DNA from: Eledone cirrhosa
Lineage: Eukaryota
Assembly: GCA_964016885.1 (NCBI GenBank)
Contig: OZ024741.1
Location: 200,012,001-200,076,000 of the forward strand
Reading direction: 5' to 3'
DNA: 64,000 nt
Below are positions 12,451 to 27,366 of the stretch, piece by piece. The notes beneath the pieces are model-generated. The model saw only the letters and a list, made by a program, of their open reading frames with translations. It made no database searches and was not told the origin of the DNA. The position numbers were made by a program, and so were the translations under genes. Position 1 is the stretch's first letter. Every line of letters starts with the position of its first letter.

Positions 12451-15449
12451 TGTAACCTACAGAATTGAGTAGGCTGCAGCAGTGTTTAAAAGAAAGAATA
12501 ACATCTAGACAACCTCCTCAAGTACCTGCATGACGATCCTCCTGTACCAGACTATTATCTTGCCAATGAAAATCTAATCGGGAAATGTGGAAATAACTGC
12601 CAAAATCCCTCAGAAATGGAATGTATTCCATCAACAATGCTTGTGCAGAATACTTAAGATCACTTACAGGGACTGGTTCACCTACAATGAAGTCAAGATT
12701 AAAGGGTCATCTTTACCCTATGGTATCTCTATTCAACTATTCACCACATTACAAGATGTACTGAGTGCATTTTATTGTGGAACTAAGGGATGTCTTTACT
12801 CCATACATTCTCTGTTCTCTTAAGGCAAATATGGCTGGGAGAGTATTTGAAATGAAATAATGTTCAAGAATTGAAAGAGGGAAAGAGGGTCAAGAGGGTA
12901 TGATTTAAATGTGAAGGAGGAGTCCTGGAATGGTAGAGAAAAGAGTGACAGTGGTACATAGGAGGTTAAATGTGAAGCAACATGAGTAACATTGATAGGA
13001 CACCAATAAGGATGCATCAAGGTAGGAAATACTGAATGATGAGTACCAATGAGAAAAGAGAGTGATAGATATCAGTTAGGGATCTCATGCAGAGGAGAGG
13101 TGGTTGTGTTGTGGTGAATATTGCCCCCAACCACCAGCAAAGGATGGATATTATCTAATGATAGGTGATGGTAATTGAGAAGTGGGAGTGATAATGTCAG
13201 CAAAGAATATAGGCAGATTTTGTTGAACTTCCATTATTTCTGAAAACAAGCGCTCCTGTTGATTCAATCAATGGAACTGCCTGCTAGTGATATCAACGTG
13301 TAAGTGATTGAATATTCCACAGACATGTGTACCCTTAATGTAGTTCTCAGGTAGATTCAGTGTGACACAATGTGTGATGAAGCTGGCTCCTTGAATTACA
13401 GAGACAACTCATTTTTACCAACTGAGTGGACTGAGGTGACATGAAATTAAGTGTACTGCCCAGTCTGGGAATCAAACTCACAACCTTATGATCAGGAGCC
13501 CAGCACCCTAACCATTATGCCTTTTAATTTCACTATATATAGGCAAATACATTGTCAGGTAAGGAGTAATGGTGAGTGCTGGAAAACTGTTAATGGTACT
13601 GGGAGTGATAAGATAATGTTGATAATAGCAATAATGATAAAAATGATTATAAAGATTCTATTTATACTAGTAGTGGATGGTGATGGGTGAGATTGGATAT
13701 GGTAAGGGATAGTGTGGGGCTGATCTGATACCCCCCTCCTCCTGAGTCAGTGAGCCTGATGTATGGGTAAGATAGTAGTGCCATAGAAGAGAAAGTTGTG
13801 ACTAAATTGTAAACTATCACCATCATAACCACATTTACTTTTAGCATGGTAGTGTTTTTCCTGTTGAGCAGGACCTTTCTAGCATGGCTAGTTGCCAGTC
13901 AACACAGGCTTGTATCAACTTATTTGTGTGGTTTAGTTTCTTGAAATCGTTATTCACAATTTCATCCCATATCTTCCTTGGTTACCTTCTTCCAAAGGTT
14001 CCTTTTTAAGTACTTGGTACTTCTTTGTACAACTGCTGTTCTCCATATGCATCACGTTTGTTCCAGTACAATTGTCTCCCCTGCAAACTACAGCTGATTT
14101 GTCTTATACTCAGCTTGTCCCTCAACTTACTTATGCTCTGTTGTTCAGGCACACTAACAATACACCTCCAATGGAGCATGCATGCTTCATTTCTTCCTAG
14201 CTGTCATAAACCTTCTGCATTCAAGGCCCACATAGCAGTTTGAACACATGCATCACACAATCTGCCCTTTATTCTAAAGGACAAGTTCTTTATTGCCAGA
14301 ATATTGTCTTTATAGGGGGTTACCTAGGACTATCATTTTTAGTATGTTCTTTCCATATTTAGTGTGTGGTTTGAGAGAGATTTGGCTGCTATCTATAACA
14401 GGTCAAGTGACCAGATGGAGAAGGCTACATCATTAGTTTATGGTTTATTTGTGCTTGTTGGAAAATATGTTAAAATAAACATTGCAAAAATTGCATAGCA
14501 AACATTTGAAAAGAAAGTGATGCAAGACAAGGACAAAAATTAGGACAAAATATAGGCAAATTAAATGGATGTATATATATTAATTGAAAATATATCCAAT
14601 TTTCAGATATTCTCATTGAAATACATTATTTCACTAGTAACTTCTGAAATGAAAGGACTGGAAAGCATAAATCATGTAAACAATATTTCAGAAATAGTAT
14701 TCTTAGTTGTCCATTAGAATACTTCAAATTATTTAACAAATAATATATCAATACTATATTATATACAATTTTTGTATATATAATATACTTTGAGTAAAAT
14801 ATCAAGCTAGTGCATATTCCTCCAAATAGATATAAATTTAGAAAGTTAACATTTAATGGAATCAATCTATTTGTAGACACCCCTCTCCACAGACATACCA
14901 TATGACACCTTACTATTATTTTTATTTTTAATTTAATTCTTATTCTATATTGTTATTGCATTACAGATCAGAATAAATTCTAGAAGTTTCTAAAGCCAAC
15001 TTTCAATAACATCCTGAACTTTTGAACTCTACTTCCACCCACACCAGCCAAATTACATAAAAATATATATACCTGTGCACTGTAGATAGAGACTAACTAT
15101 AGGTTTAATAATTGTCAAAATATCAGATTTCAATTTAATAAAGAGGATTATTTTTTAAAAAGAATGTCTTAATCAATTGAAACCAATAAAAACGTTTGAT
15201 AAAATTTGACTCTACTTGATGTAATGTACCAAATATAGAAATATTTGTTTTGTCTGATTAAATAAAGAAATTTTTAAATACACTTCTGTGCATTTTCGTA
15301 TTTATATTTAACCTGTAGGCTTTGACTGACATGAATGCAACTTTACTTCTATTTTTAACTATACACACTTACACACACATATAATGTACACACACACACA
15401 CACATGTATACATACATAAATACATGTATGCATACAAGACACACGAGAA

Positions 15450-17648
15450 AATATAGAGATGGAGAGTGTGGAAGCTAAAGGACCTCTTGGTAAAATATAG
15501 ATTTAGAAAGGTCCTACAGGATACTCATGATGAGAGGGATGATGAGCTAGATACATATAATGTAGAGGACAACTGGAAATTCTTTTGTGAACTACTGCTG
15601 AGACTTGGTGGTGGAACAGCACAGTAGATACAGCCGTTAAAGCCAAGAGACAGGCTTGGAAAGACTGGAAAACTGGGAGTAGCAGAAACTGGTACTAAGT
15701 AACTAAGAAAGAAGCTAGGTGACAGGTATACACAGCTTAGAGAGAGACTGAAGAAAGTAAATTTGCCAATGTCTGTAAAGTGTTACATATTGCAAAGCAG
15801 TGTGTTAGTGTGAATCGAGATGTGGTTGGGTAAAAACGTATTAGAAATGACGCTGAAAGCCCAAAGAAAAGAGGCCTGGAAACATAACTATGAGAGATTG
15901 ATGAATGTGGAGAATGAAAGGGAGGAAGAGAAACTACCCCAACTTACCCAAAGGAAGGACAGCTATTGAAGTTGATAGTTTTAGGGTCAAAGATGCAATC
16001 AAGGAGTTGAAGAATGGTAAAGCTGCAGGACCATTAGAAATAGTTGCTGAGATGCTAAAATTATTGGGAGAGGTAGGAATCAAAATAGTAACCCGTATAG
16101 TAAATCAAGTAATACATGATGGAGTCATACCCAATGACTGGTGCAGCAGTGCAATCATAAATTGCTACAAGAGCAAAGGTGATGCTCTAGAAATGAGCAA
16201 CAACAGAGGAATAAAACTAATGGACACTAAATTATGAAAGTGAGAGAAAGAGTTATAGCACATCTACTTAGGGAAAGAGTAAAAATAGATGAGATGCAGA
16301 TTAGTTTCATGCCTGCGAAAAGTACTACAGATGCCCTCTTCTTAGTGAGGCAACTACAAGAGTAGTTCCTAGCCAAAAATAAGCTGCTATATTTAGCTTT
16401 TGATGATCTAAAGAAGGCCTTTGACAGAGTACCTTGATCTATTATCCGGTGTTCCTTAAGGAAATTAGGTGTAGAAGAATGGCTTATGAGAGCAGTGCAA
16501 GCCTTGTACAAAGGAGCTGTCAGTAAAGTGAGAGTAGGAAATGAGTTTAGCGAGGAATTCAAAGTACAGGTAGGAGTTCATCAAGGTTCAGTTCTTAGCC
16601 GATTGCTGTTCATCATAGTTCTTCAGGCCATAACAGGGGAATTTCAAATGGGCTGCCCATGGGAACCTCTCTATGCAGATGATTTGGTCCTTATAGCTGA
16701 AACCAAAAAAGAACTAGAAAATAAATTCCGATTATGGAAACTGAATTTGGAATCAAAAGGTCTGAGAGTAAACTTGGCCAAAACTAAAGTGCTAGTGAGT
16801 AGGAGAGAAGATAGGACCCCGATTCCTTAGGGAAATGGCCCTGCTCAGTATGCAGAAAAGGAGTAGACATAAACTCCATACAATGTACACAATGTAAATC
16901 TTGGGTACACAAAAGATGTAGTGGGATAATGAGTAGAATAACTGGAAGGAAGAACTTTGCACATAGAAGATGCACAGGAGTAATCAAGAGGAAGAGTGGT
17001 AATGATATAAACGTTTTCTAGTCACAGGAAGGGTCCATAGATGGGGTTGATAGCTTCTTCTTTCTATGTGACCTAATTAGCAGTGGAGGAGGATCTGCTG
17101 AGAATATAATAGCTAGAATAAGGATGGGATGGAAGAAGTTAAGAGAAGTACTCCCACTGTTGACAACAACAAGTTTCTCTCTATGTACAAAAGGATGGCT
17201 GTATGAAGCCTGTATGAAGCCTGTGTGTGATGCGTGATGCTGCAGAGTAATGAAACATAGGCTGTGACCATAGAGGACATGCATAGACTGGAGAGAAATG
17301 AAGTAACCATGTTTCACTGGATGTGAAATGTAAATGTGATAGAAAGGCAGCTTGGACGAGGGGAATCGGAGATGGTGTGTAGGGGGAGAAGACTGCATTG
17401 GTATGGACATGTGATGCGTATGGACAATGACCGATATGTGAAGAAATGCCAGGAAATTTCAGTGGAAGAAAGCTGTGGTAGAGGTGGACCAAGAAAGACC
17501 TGGGCAGAAGTTGTGAGAGGTGACTTCAAATTGCTAAGACTGGCAGAGGAGATGATGAAGGAACGTAACAAGTGGAGAGATGTCATGCTGAGAAGGACCC
17601 ATCCAACTCATACAAACATGGAAAAGCAGGTGTAAAAATTATGATGAT
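15450..17648 (+). mobile_element. Degenerate RTE-clade LINE (RT, PHD-like Cys domain, 3' tail)
   Basis: LKNGKAAGP, DLKKAFDRVP, GVHQGSVLS, LYADDLVL, GKWPCSVCRKGV..CTQCKSWVHKRCSG and RRLHWYGHVMRM..RGGPRKTW; ends in (ATG)n. Confidence 0.9.
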
Positions 17649-17666
17649 ATATATACACATACATAC

Positions 17667-17726
<60 letters not shown>

Positions 17727-17744
17727 TTAGTACTGATAGTCATG

Positions 17745-17925
17745 AGAATAAGTACTCAATATCATTGTCAAGATTGATATTATTTTTATTAAGGTGAAGT
17801 CAGAGTCCTGTTATTCTGAAGTATTGCTTGCATATTCACTGGTTCACTGGGTTATCATTCATGTCTGATGACTCTGAATACACACGCAAAACTCCAGAGT
17901 AACAAATAAGACTTTGACTTGAACG
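17745..17925. repeat. Old fold-back element, same family as 27830-28008, with decayed HHR motifs
   Basis: gtctgatgac...aaactccagagtaac on the + strand, with a degenerate inverted copy at ~17797-17845. Confidence 0.6.
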
Positions 17926-18019
17926 ATTTTCAGGCATGGAAAACCAAAACCAACACAAACCCCTCCCCCTCCCCTAAACTTTCATCCCCAACTTCCCTCC
18001 TCTCTCCCACTGTACTCCA

Positions 18020-18480
18020 AATCTTGGAGTTGGTACCTTGAACATAAGTACAATGACAGGACAATCAAGTGAGATTATAGGAGTGCTTGAACGAAAGAAA
18101 GTTGATGTTTGCTGTGTACAAGAGACTAGATGGAGGGGAAGGTCAGCTAGATTCATTGTGGGCAAAACCGATGCTACAAATATTTTTGTGTAGGTAATGG
18201 CAACAGACTGGGTGGAGTAGGAATTATCCTAGCATAAAATGGGTAAATAAGGTAATTGACATAAATAGAGTGAATGACAGAATCATTAAAATCAGACTGG
18301 TCCTAAATAGAACAACTGTGACAATTATATCTGCTTATGCACCCCAATCTGATCTACCAGACGTTATAAAAGACAGGTTCTATCAGTCGCTAATGCATAC
18401 AACTTCCCATAAATGACAATGACTACATAATTATTGCTGGTGACTTTAATGTGCATGTTGAACAACACTGCAATGACTAC
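18020..18480 (+). mobile_element. LINE AP-endonuclease fragment (RTE-like)
   Basis: VGTLNISTMTG..KVDVCCVQETRWRG..GGVGII..RVNDRII..ISAYAPQ..IAGDFN.HV. Confidence 0.85.
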
Positions 18481-18559
18481 ATAACTTTACAGTGTAAGGG
18501 TGGTGTGGACAGGAGTAGGTAGGTGTGTGTTGGGTGTGGGAGATGTATAGAAGTGGGTA

Positions 18560-19930
18560 TAGTGGTTAAGTGGTGCCTACTAGATGTATGTTTGAATCCG
18601 TGCACATGGGAAGGTGTGTCTTCAGTATTACTGCATGACACCAAAGATCTCAATCCTGTGTCATTGTCTTTGAGAGGTGTAATTGCACAAGATCATCCCA
18701 GGTCTTCCTACACCATAGTTTCCATCAACTTTCATCACTCTGCACCTTTTTATACAGCTGTTATCCTTCATACACATCACATGACCATATCAATGCAATC
18801 TCCTCTCTATCACACAACATCTGATCCCTTTTATTCCCAATTTCTCTCTCAGTTCATTTACGCTTTGCTGTTTGTGTATATTACTATTACACATCCTTCG
18901 GAGCATGGATGCGTCATTTCTTTCCAGCCTTTGCAGGTCTCTGCACACATTCCCAGGTCTCACCACCATGCAACATTGTTGCTTGTATACATGCATCATA
19001 TGGTCTGCCTTTTATTTTGAGGGAAAAACCTTTTGTAGTTAGCAGTGGAAGTAGCTCCCTGAACTTTCTCCATCCCATTCTTACTCTGGCTATTATGCTT
19101 TTGGAACACTCTCCGTCACTGCTGATTTCATCACCCAGGTAGCAGAAAGTGTTGACTATTTCTATAGAACCATCTGGGCAGTTGAAGGAACTAGTACCCT
19201 GTGGACACTTGCTACTTACTGCGCTTGTGCACTGGCCACATATAAAAGACTACATTAATGATAACCTACCTGTGATTCCATTATATCTCTTATGTACCCA
19301 TAGCTTGTATTTAGGACATAGAATGGAATTTCTACCTACTTCTTTCCTGCACACTGAACAAGGTCATTTCCCAGAAGGAATCTGGACCTTACTTTCCTTT
19401 CTACATACTAGAACTTTAGTCTTTGACAATTTAACTTTAAGAACTTTCTGATTCTAGGCCGCGCTTTCAGGTGTGGAATTTCATCTCTAATTCTGCCATA
19501 GATTCAGCTATGAGAATCAGATCATCTGCATACAGAAGTTCCTAGGGGTAGCCAGTCTTAAACTCTTCTGTTATAGCCTGGAGGGCAATAATAAATAGGA
19601 GAAGGCTAAGTATGGAGCTCTGATGGACACCTACCTATACAATAAATTCTTCACTATAGTCATTGTCAATACTAACGTTGCTGACTGTTCCTCTATACAT
19701 GGCTTGTACAGCTTTCACAAGCCAATCATCTACTCCTAGTTTTTTAAGAGCGGGATTTACTTTTGGCTAGGTACTTCTCCTGCAGTTACTTCATGAGGAA
19801 GAGAGCATCCATGGTACTTTTATCTGGCACAAATCCAAACTACATTTCATCAAGGTTAATTTGGTCCCTTAGTTGTGCGATAAGTCATTCTGTGACCTTC
19901 ATGATCTGGTCAACAAACTTAATGCCCCTG
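18560..19930 (-). mobile_element. RTE-clade LINE fragment, same family as 15450-17648
   Basis: ELLYADDLIL, GKxPCSVCRKEVGRNSI, FCYLGDEIS and GWRKFRELLPLL on the minus strand. Confidence 0.85.
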
Positions 19931-19941
19931 TGTGTCTGTCT

Positions 19942-20026
<85 letters not shown>

Positions 20027-20271
20027 GTATACACACACACACACACACATATATATATATTTATATATAAATCTGAAACTAGTTGTTGAACTGGCAAGAG
20101 CTCAGAAGTTGCCATCGGCCATTGGCAACTTCTTTTTCAGTTTTTAAAGGTCTTCACCCTATTTTATAAACTATTCTATAGCATCTCTATGCATGAACAT
20201 GCCACTCTTTATATCAGCTTTATCCCCTCAGCACTTTGTAAAAGTCTGATGGATCTGCTTCATATATATAT

Positions 20272-20329
<58 letters not shown>

Positions 20330-20770
20330 TACATACATAATAAAATATGCTATAATATGATATGCTGAGAGTGAGAAGGATATTCATATGCAATATGTAT
20401 CTTTGAATATACATGGAGATAGATTTATGTAGAGTATATATTATATAATTTTGAGATTTACTTTGATTATATTAACCCACATGCAAATATATAATGAAAA
20501 GACATTATAAAGGTACGATAAGAATAAAATATTTGTAGAATATGGAAAATATCAGATATTTCCTTTAAAATATACAAAGAATTTAAGTGTTTTTTTTTTT
20601 ATTCATCCTTATAAATGTCATATTTTAACTAATGTAAATTATTTTTTTTTTGTAATGAAATATCAACATTCTCTTCATCCCAAGCATAAGAAAAATTTTC
20701 AGAAGCAGAAATATAAAAAAAAAATGTATATGGTTAAATACATACATATATATAGAAATATGTATATGTA

Positions 20771-20808
<38 letters not shown>

Positions 20809-20864
20809 ACGAAGGAGGTATGGTAAGGATCCAGATGGACCATGACGCACCAGAGTACTCAATA

Positions 20865-20924
<60 letters not shown>

Positions 20925-21145
20925 TACATATATATATGTATATATATATATGTATACATATATATATATATATACATACATACATATATATATATACATA
21001 CATACATATCATCATCATCATCATCATCATCATCATAATTGTTTAATGTCTATCTTCCACACTAGCATGGGTTAGACAGGTTTGTCCCATTTAGAGGCAA
21101 GTTGGGTCGGGTAACCGTGTCTCACTCATATAGGACCGTTTCTGG

Positions 21146-21205
<60 letters not shown>

Positions 21206-21218
21206 CCAGAAATGGTCC

Positions 21219-21273
<55 letters not shown>

Positions 21274-21575
21274 ATATATGAGGTTAGAGTGTAATAGCAC
21301 TGCAATTTTATCTCATGAAAACAACTCCTGGTGTAACCAATTAACAGCTTTAATGTATTTTAAACATATTTATGAATTCTTAAATTTATAAATTTAATTT
21401 ATAATAAATTGGAGTGAAAGCAACTGGTGTGTGTGTTTCTTATTGGCAACATGACCCTCCCAAAGCATAATATATATATATATATATATATATTTCTATA
21501 TTCTATTCTTTTCCTAGTTTTAGTCAGTTAACAATGCAGAGTATTGTTTCTGCTTCAAATCTTTATCTGGCTATG

Positions 21576-21636
<61 letters not shown>

Positions 21637-21813
21637 GTGTGAGTGTGTGTGTGTGTATATATATATATACACACATTTATATATATATACATACACATTC
21701 ACACACTCATACAGATATACATACATATAAATAAATGAATATATTTAAAGATAAATCTACACACATTTACACAGTGATATCAATATACAAATATTAATAT
21801 ATTTTCATATATG

Positions 21814-21847
<34 letters not shown>

Positions 21848-21939
21848 TAAGGTATATATATATTATTGCTTGCACAATGATATATTCGTACATATAAATA
21901 TGCATATACACATCTATGTATATTATATCTATCTATATA

Positions 21940-22130
21940 GACGGTGGATTGGCAGTATCGGTAGAGGTTCGGACGCCATGCTTTGACGCATAGAGTTACG
22001 GCCCTTGCCATTCTGAGTTCAAATCCCGCCGAGGTTAACTTTGCCTTTCATCCTTACGGGGTCGATAAAATAAAGTACCAGTAATGTACTGGGTAATTTT
22101 CTGGCCTTGTGCCAATAGTAGAAACAATTA
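21940..22130 (+). mobile_element. Meta-domain SINE, full length
   Basis: A and B boxes plus the Meta domain; long TSD attatatctatctatata. Confidence 0.9.
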
Positions 22131-22136
22131 TATCTA

Positions 22137-22171
<35 letters not shown>

Positions 22172-22289
22172 GCTTGCCAGAGTCCCGGTATGGGCAAACA
22201 ACAGTTCATAAGATAAGTTTCAGCTGAATATTCAAGCAGTCATTCCAGTTAAAAAAAGTCTATATTAGTCACATGATCTAGTTCATTCC

Positions 22290-24540
22290 TTATATCAGTT
22301 GATCCAGCTTGTTATTGTGTCGTTTCTCCCTTTTTCTTCTGTCGTTCTGCTTCCTTTTCACAAAATATCCTTGATTGTGACCTTATACGTCAAGTGAGCG
22401 CATCCTAAATGTCGAACACCATCCTCAAGCTTGCCAAAAAGAAGTTTCTTTATAGGTCTACAATCATACATGTGGACGACATGGCCAACCCATCTGAGTC
22501 TATTCCTTATGAGGATAGTTTTAATGTCAGGAGTCTTTGCACATTTCAGTAACTCATCCTTTGGGAGAAAGTGATCCCATTTGATGTTGAGAATGAACCT
22601 AAGGAGCCATTGCTGAACTGTTCTTAACTGTCTTATGTGGTAACGATGGAGAGTCCACATCTCACTTCCATAAAACAAGAGAGAAGTCACACATTGGTTA
22701 TAAACTTTAAGTTTAGTCTCAGATGTCAGTTCCCTGGATTCAGACTCTCACTCTTAGTTTACCTACAGCAAAAGAGGCAGATTGAATAGTGCACTAAGTT
22801 CTTAATTTTGGTGACATAGCTGCCAAGATATTTGAAGTGTTCCAATCTGGCAAGTTTTTTCCCATAAATGAACAAATAAACTTGCTCTCTGACACTCATT
22901 GTTTCAGTCTTCTTAATGTTGATTCGGAAGCCCATTTCATTTAAACTGTGTTATATGCAGATATCAGCTGCTGTAGAGCAATGGGATCATTGCAGAAAAC
23001 ACTGGTGTCATCAGCATATTGGGCCTCCCTTATGAAATCATGAAGTATCTTTGTCTTGGACTTGAGGCAACGAAGATAAAAAATATCACCATCATATCTA
23101 AAGGGTACTTTGAAGGCTATAAAGAGTGGTACAGCAGCATAGAGTCCAAATAGTGTAGGGGCAAGTTTACAGCCTTGCTTCACTCCACTATTGTAGTTGA
23201 TTGGGTTCGACAATTTGCCATCTATAATAAGCCTAGCATCCATATTTGAATATAGAATCCTAATGGTGCTAACAAATTTAACTGGACAGCCAAGCTTTCT
23301 CAGGATTTTGAAATTTTGAAGAGTAGCTCTCAATTGCTGCGGTCAAAAGCCTTGGTGAAGTCTATAAAGGCGATGTGTAAATTACACTGCTGTTCTCTGC
23401 ATTTCTCCTTAATTTGACGTAAGGTGAAGATACCATCTATAATACTTCTATTTCTCCTATATTCAGATTGTGACTCGGGGTAAAATGTTTCAGCAAGCCC
23501 TTATAGTCTCTGGTGTATGATATCAGTAAAGAGTTTTCCAACCAATCTAAGAAATGATATACCTTGGTAGTTTTCACAAAGATTGCGATGACCTTTCTTA
23601 AAAAGAATAGAAATGTTAGTATCAATAAGATTAGATGGTAAGCTTTCTGGGATCCAGAACCCATTAATAATAGAAAACAGAGATGTTCTCAAGGCATTGC
23701 CACTATGAAATAAAATCTGGACTCTTCCTGAGTTTAGTGTTTTTTAGTGCTGTCTCAAGTTCTTTTATGGTGATAAGGTTGTCAAATTCTTCAAGGATTT
23801 CCCAATTAGCATCAGTCGGTTGGTTAAGGAGTTCGCTAAAGTGTTCAACCCAACTGTCTTTAATGTCTTCAGGTGCTCAAAGAAGGTCACCATTCTTCAA
23901 CCACACAGGATGCAGATTTTTGGACTTGGGACCATAAGCTGCATTGAGCGTTGCATAGAGTTCTCTATGATTCTTCTGAGCAAATCTTTCAGCATCATTG
24001 TTTTTTTTATTGAAACCAGTTGTTCTTGAGTTTTCTGATTTCATTTCTTAGTCCTTTTATATCGCTGCTCTGTCTCTTAGCTTTCAGAAGCCTCTGAATT
24101 TCTTGCCCCTGATCTTCAAACCTATCTTTACTTCTCCTTTTTTTCTTATGAGAGAATTGTTTGGCAGCACTTTGAAGGACTTCCTTCAAGTTATCCCAAG
24201 ACGACACCTCACAATCTGGACTTTGTTTGCTGAGGAACCTTTTAATCATGTCATTTTGTTTTCATTATTAGGCTTGCAGGGAGGATTGTTTGTCTTCTCT
24301 GTTTTCTTTATCCCAATGCTGCACTTGCCGATCAGGAGTTCATGGTCACTGAAACAATCAGCACGAAGATCAATTTTGGTGATGTTGATGAATTTCCTGC
24401 CCACTGGATCAGCAAGGCCATGTCTAGCTGATGCCAGTGTTTAGAGTGTGGATGCTGGCAAGTGTTCTTGAGACAATTCTTTAGTGCTCATAATTGAAAG
24501 TTGAAAGTGTATGCAAAATTCTAACAATAGATTGTGCTAA
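22290..24540 (-). mobile_element. Degenerate RTE/BovB-like LINE
   Basis: FIDFTKAFD, SGVKQGCKLAPTLF, EAQYADD, LLFYGSEMWT and RLRWVGHV. Confidence 0.9.
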
Positions 24541-25201
24541 AAGATGACGATGCTGCTCAATGCACTGTAGCATCCCTTAGCAGGATGTCCTGGAAACCAG
24601 TGGCACAGCAGGGCTGAGGCAGCTGCAGGAGCAGCTTGTTGGAGATACTATTTGTCCATAAGCTGGAGTAGGGATTGGTATAAAGCCAGGGCATATCCAC
24701 ACGGTGATGGGCCCTGTACCAAATACCTTCTGTGGGGTCCCTACTCCTCCTTGGTCAGAGCCTCATTAGTTGAATTACCCTCATGAACAAAATAAAAAAA
24801 CATGTTAAAAGATAAAAAAATGAAAAATGAAAATTTTTAAATGTATATGTAAAAGTACATATAGATAGTAGACATGTGTGGGCACATGGACACACAGACA
24901 CACACACACACACATGTACTGACTATTTGGATGGCTGTTGACTCTGGTGAGTTCCACCACCCTTTGCTGGGTCTTGTATTTCATCCTGCAAAGTGTCAAA
25001 ATATCACCCTCCTCACCAAGCAAGGTTTAGTCGCCGACGAACCGACCATGCTACAGGTTGTGCTGGGTTACATGTTACCAGTAGCACTCGTGAGCGACCT
25101 GACATTATATATATATATGTATATATATTTATACTTCTGAATAAATTCTACCTCCACATATACAGATTCACACAAACACACACACAACACATATATATAT
25201 G

Positions 25202-25275
<74 letters not shown>

Positions 25276-25387
25276 TGTGTGTATACCGTGATGATGATGA
25301 CTATGATATATATATATAAATAGTGATTTCTGATTTAGGCACAAGGCCTACAATTTGAGGGGAGGGCCACATAATAATTATTTCTGA

Positions 25388-25495
<108 letters not shown>

Positions 25496-25529
25496 ATAAA
25501 ATGTAGTTTACTTGAGGCATTGTATATAA

Positions 25530-26630
25530 TATATAATATGGAAAGTGATATATGTAATAAGGCTAAAAAATGTAAAATGGATGGTAAGATAAAGGTAACA
25601 AAGAAGTTAGTTAACTGGTAATCTTTTTTTTGGGGTGGGTGGGTTCTTTTGACCTAATATTTCAGGTCTTAAAATTCCCTTCCTCAGAGTATAAAGAACT
25701 CTCAGAGAAAAATGTTCTGGTCTCTTCTCTTTGGAAAAAAATTTAGATTTAAATTTTATAAATTGCTTTTCAGCTTTGTTTGATGTTTGCTTCATTATTC
25801 ACAAGAAGCTGGAGGATGACATCAATTGCTGATGTAATATTTCATGGAATCAATTTTCTTATGTAAATTGTTGTCTAGGTTGTGTGTGTGTGTGTGTGGG
25901 TGTGTCTTTTTATGTCAAGTATTGTGTCCTGAGTTCCATTCTGTTATTGACTTGTGGGTTGAGTGTATGTGACAGTGGACATATGTGGTATACCAGATTG
26001 ACTACAACAAATGTAAGGAGTTATACATTGGTAGCTCAACTCAAGCATTCCACAGCCACATTAAAGAACACCTCAATACACATTCATCCTCATTCCAAAA
26101 AAGACATTGACAAATTCAGAAACACTAACAAAGATATAACAATCAATATTGAAGCCAGAGAGAGAAATGTGGGCAATTTAAGAATTAAGGAAGCCTTGCT
26201 TATAGGTAGACTTAACCTACAAAAAATAAACAGAATGGAACTCAGCACGCAATACTTGACATAAAAAGACACACCCACATGCGCACACACATAACCTAAA
26301 CAACAATTTAAACAAGAAAATTGATTCCATGAAATATTACATCACCAATTGATGTCATCCTCCAGCTTCTCGTGAATAATAAAGCAAACATCAAACACTT
26401 AAAAGTGGTTTATAAAATTTAAATCTAAATCTAATTCCAAAGAGAAGAGACTGGAACATTTTTTTCTCTGAGAGTTCCTTATACTCCGAAAAAGGGAATT
26501 TTAAGTCCTGAAATATTAGGACGAAAGAACACAAAGAAGATTACCAGGTAACTAACTTTTTCGTTACCTTCTTCTTACCATCCATTTTGCACTGTTTAGC
26601 CTTATTACATATAACACTTTCCACATTATG
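25530..26630. mobile_element. PLE 3' end with inverted copy (fold-back; arms ~25530-25947 and ~26225-26630)
   Basis: The spacer/right arm encodes a GIY-YIG-like C-terminus (LRIKEALLIGRLNLQKINR). Minimal HHR on the minus strand at 25652-25690: ACU-CUGAGGA-AGG..CCU-GAAA-UAU-UA-GGU. Confidence 0.8.
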
Positions 26631-26687
26631 TATATATATATAGATATACATACATATATATAAATATATAAATATATATTTATATAT

Positions 26688-26764
<77 letters not shown>

Positions 26765-26773
<9 letters not shown>

Positions 26774-27156
26774 CAAAATATTAATAAATGGATACATTCA
26801 CATAATCAAAATATATGTTTTATTATATATATTTTATATATTTCGGAGGTACTGTGCTGTTTTTTCAGTACGTCCTCATCAGATAAAATACATAAATTGA
26901 TGTATTTGACTGCCAAGACTGGAATTGAACCATCAGCACGGTTGAGGTATGTCATACATCAATTTATGTATTTTATCTGATGAGGACGTACTGAATAAAC
27001 ATAAATTGATATATGACATACCTCAATTTATGTATTTTATCTGATGAGGATGTACTGAAAAAACAGCACAGTACCTCCTAAATATATAAAATATATATAA
27101 TAAAACATATATTTTGATTATGTGAATGTATCCATTTATTAATATTTTGAATAATA
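26765..27156. mobile_element. Fold-back element in (TA)n carrying HHRs
   Basis: ~135-bp near-perfect arms (~26767-26900 vs ~27023-27156), plus an internal partial third copy (~26959-26995). Confidence 0.9.
26818..26888 (-). ncRNA. Type I hammerhead ribozyme, complete canonical core
   Basis: UUUUAU-CUGAUGA-GGAcGUACUG..CAGUACcUCC-GAAA-UAUAUA-aaa-UAUAUA-UA-AUAAAA; all three stems pair. The + arm copy has GAAA>UAAA. Confidence 0.8.
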
Positions 27157-27241
27157 TTAATAACTCCAGAAAACTTCTTTGTTGAGTGCTTTTAATCTAT
27201 TGTAAAACTGAATAATCAATGAACCTTGTTTAACATTTGGT

Positions 27242-27273
<32 letters not shown>

Positions 27274-27366
27274 CATAATGTAGGAGGTGAGTTTTATTGT
27301 AGTACAATAAAGCAATGCAGTTATTGGATAAGTAGCACTCTACAGTTTGTAGGACTGGAGTATAAA

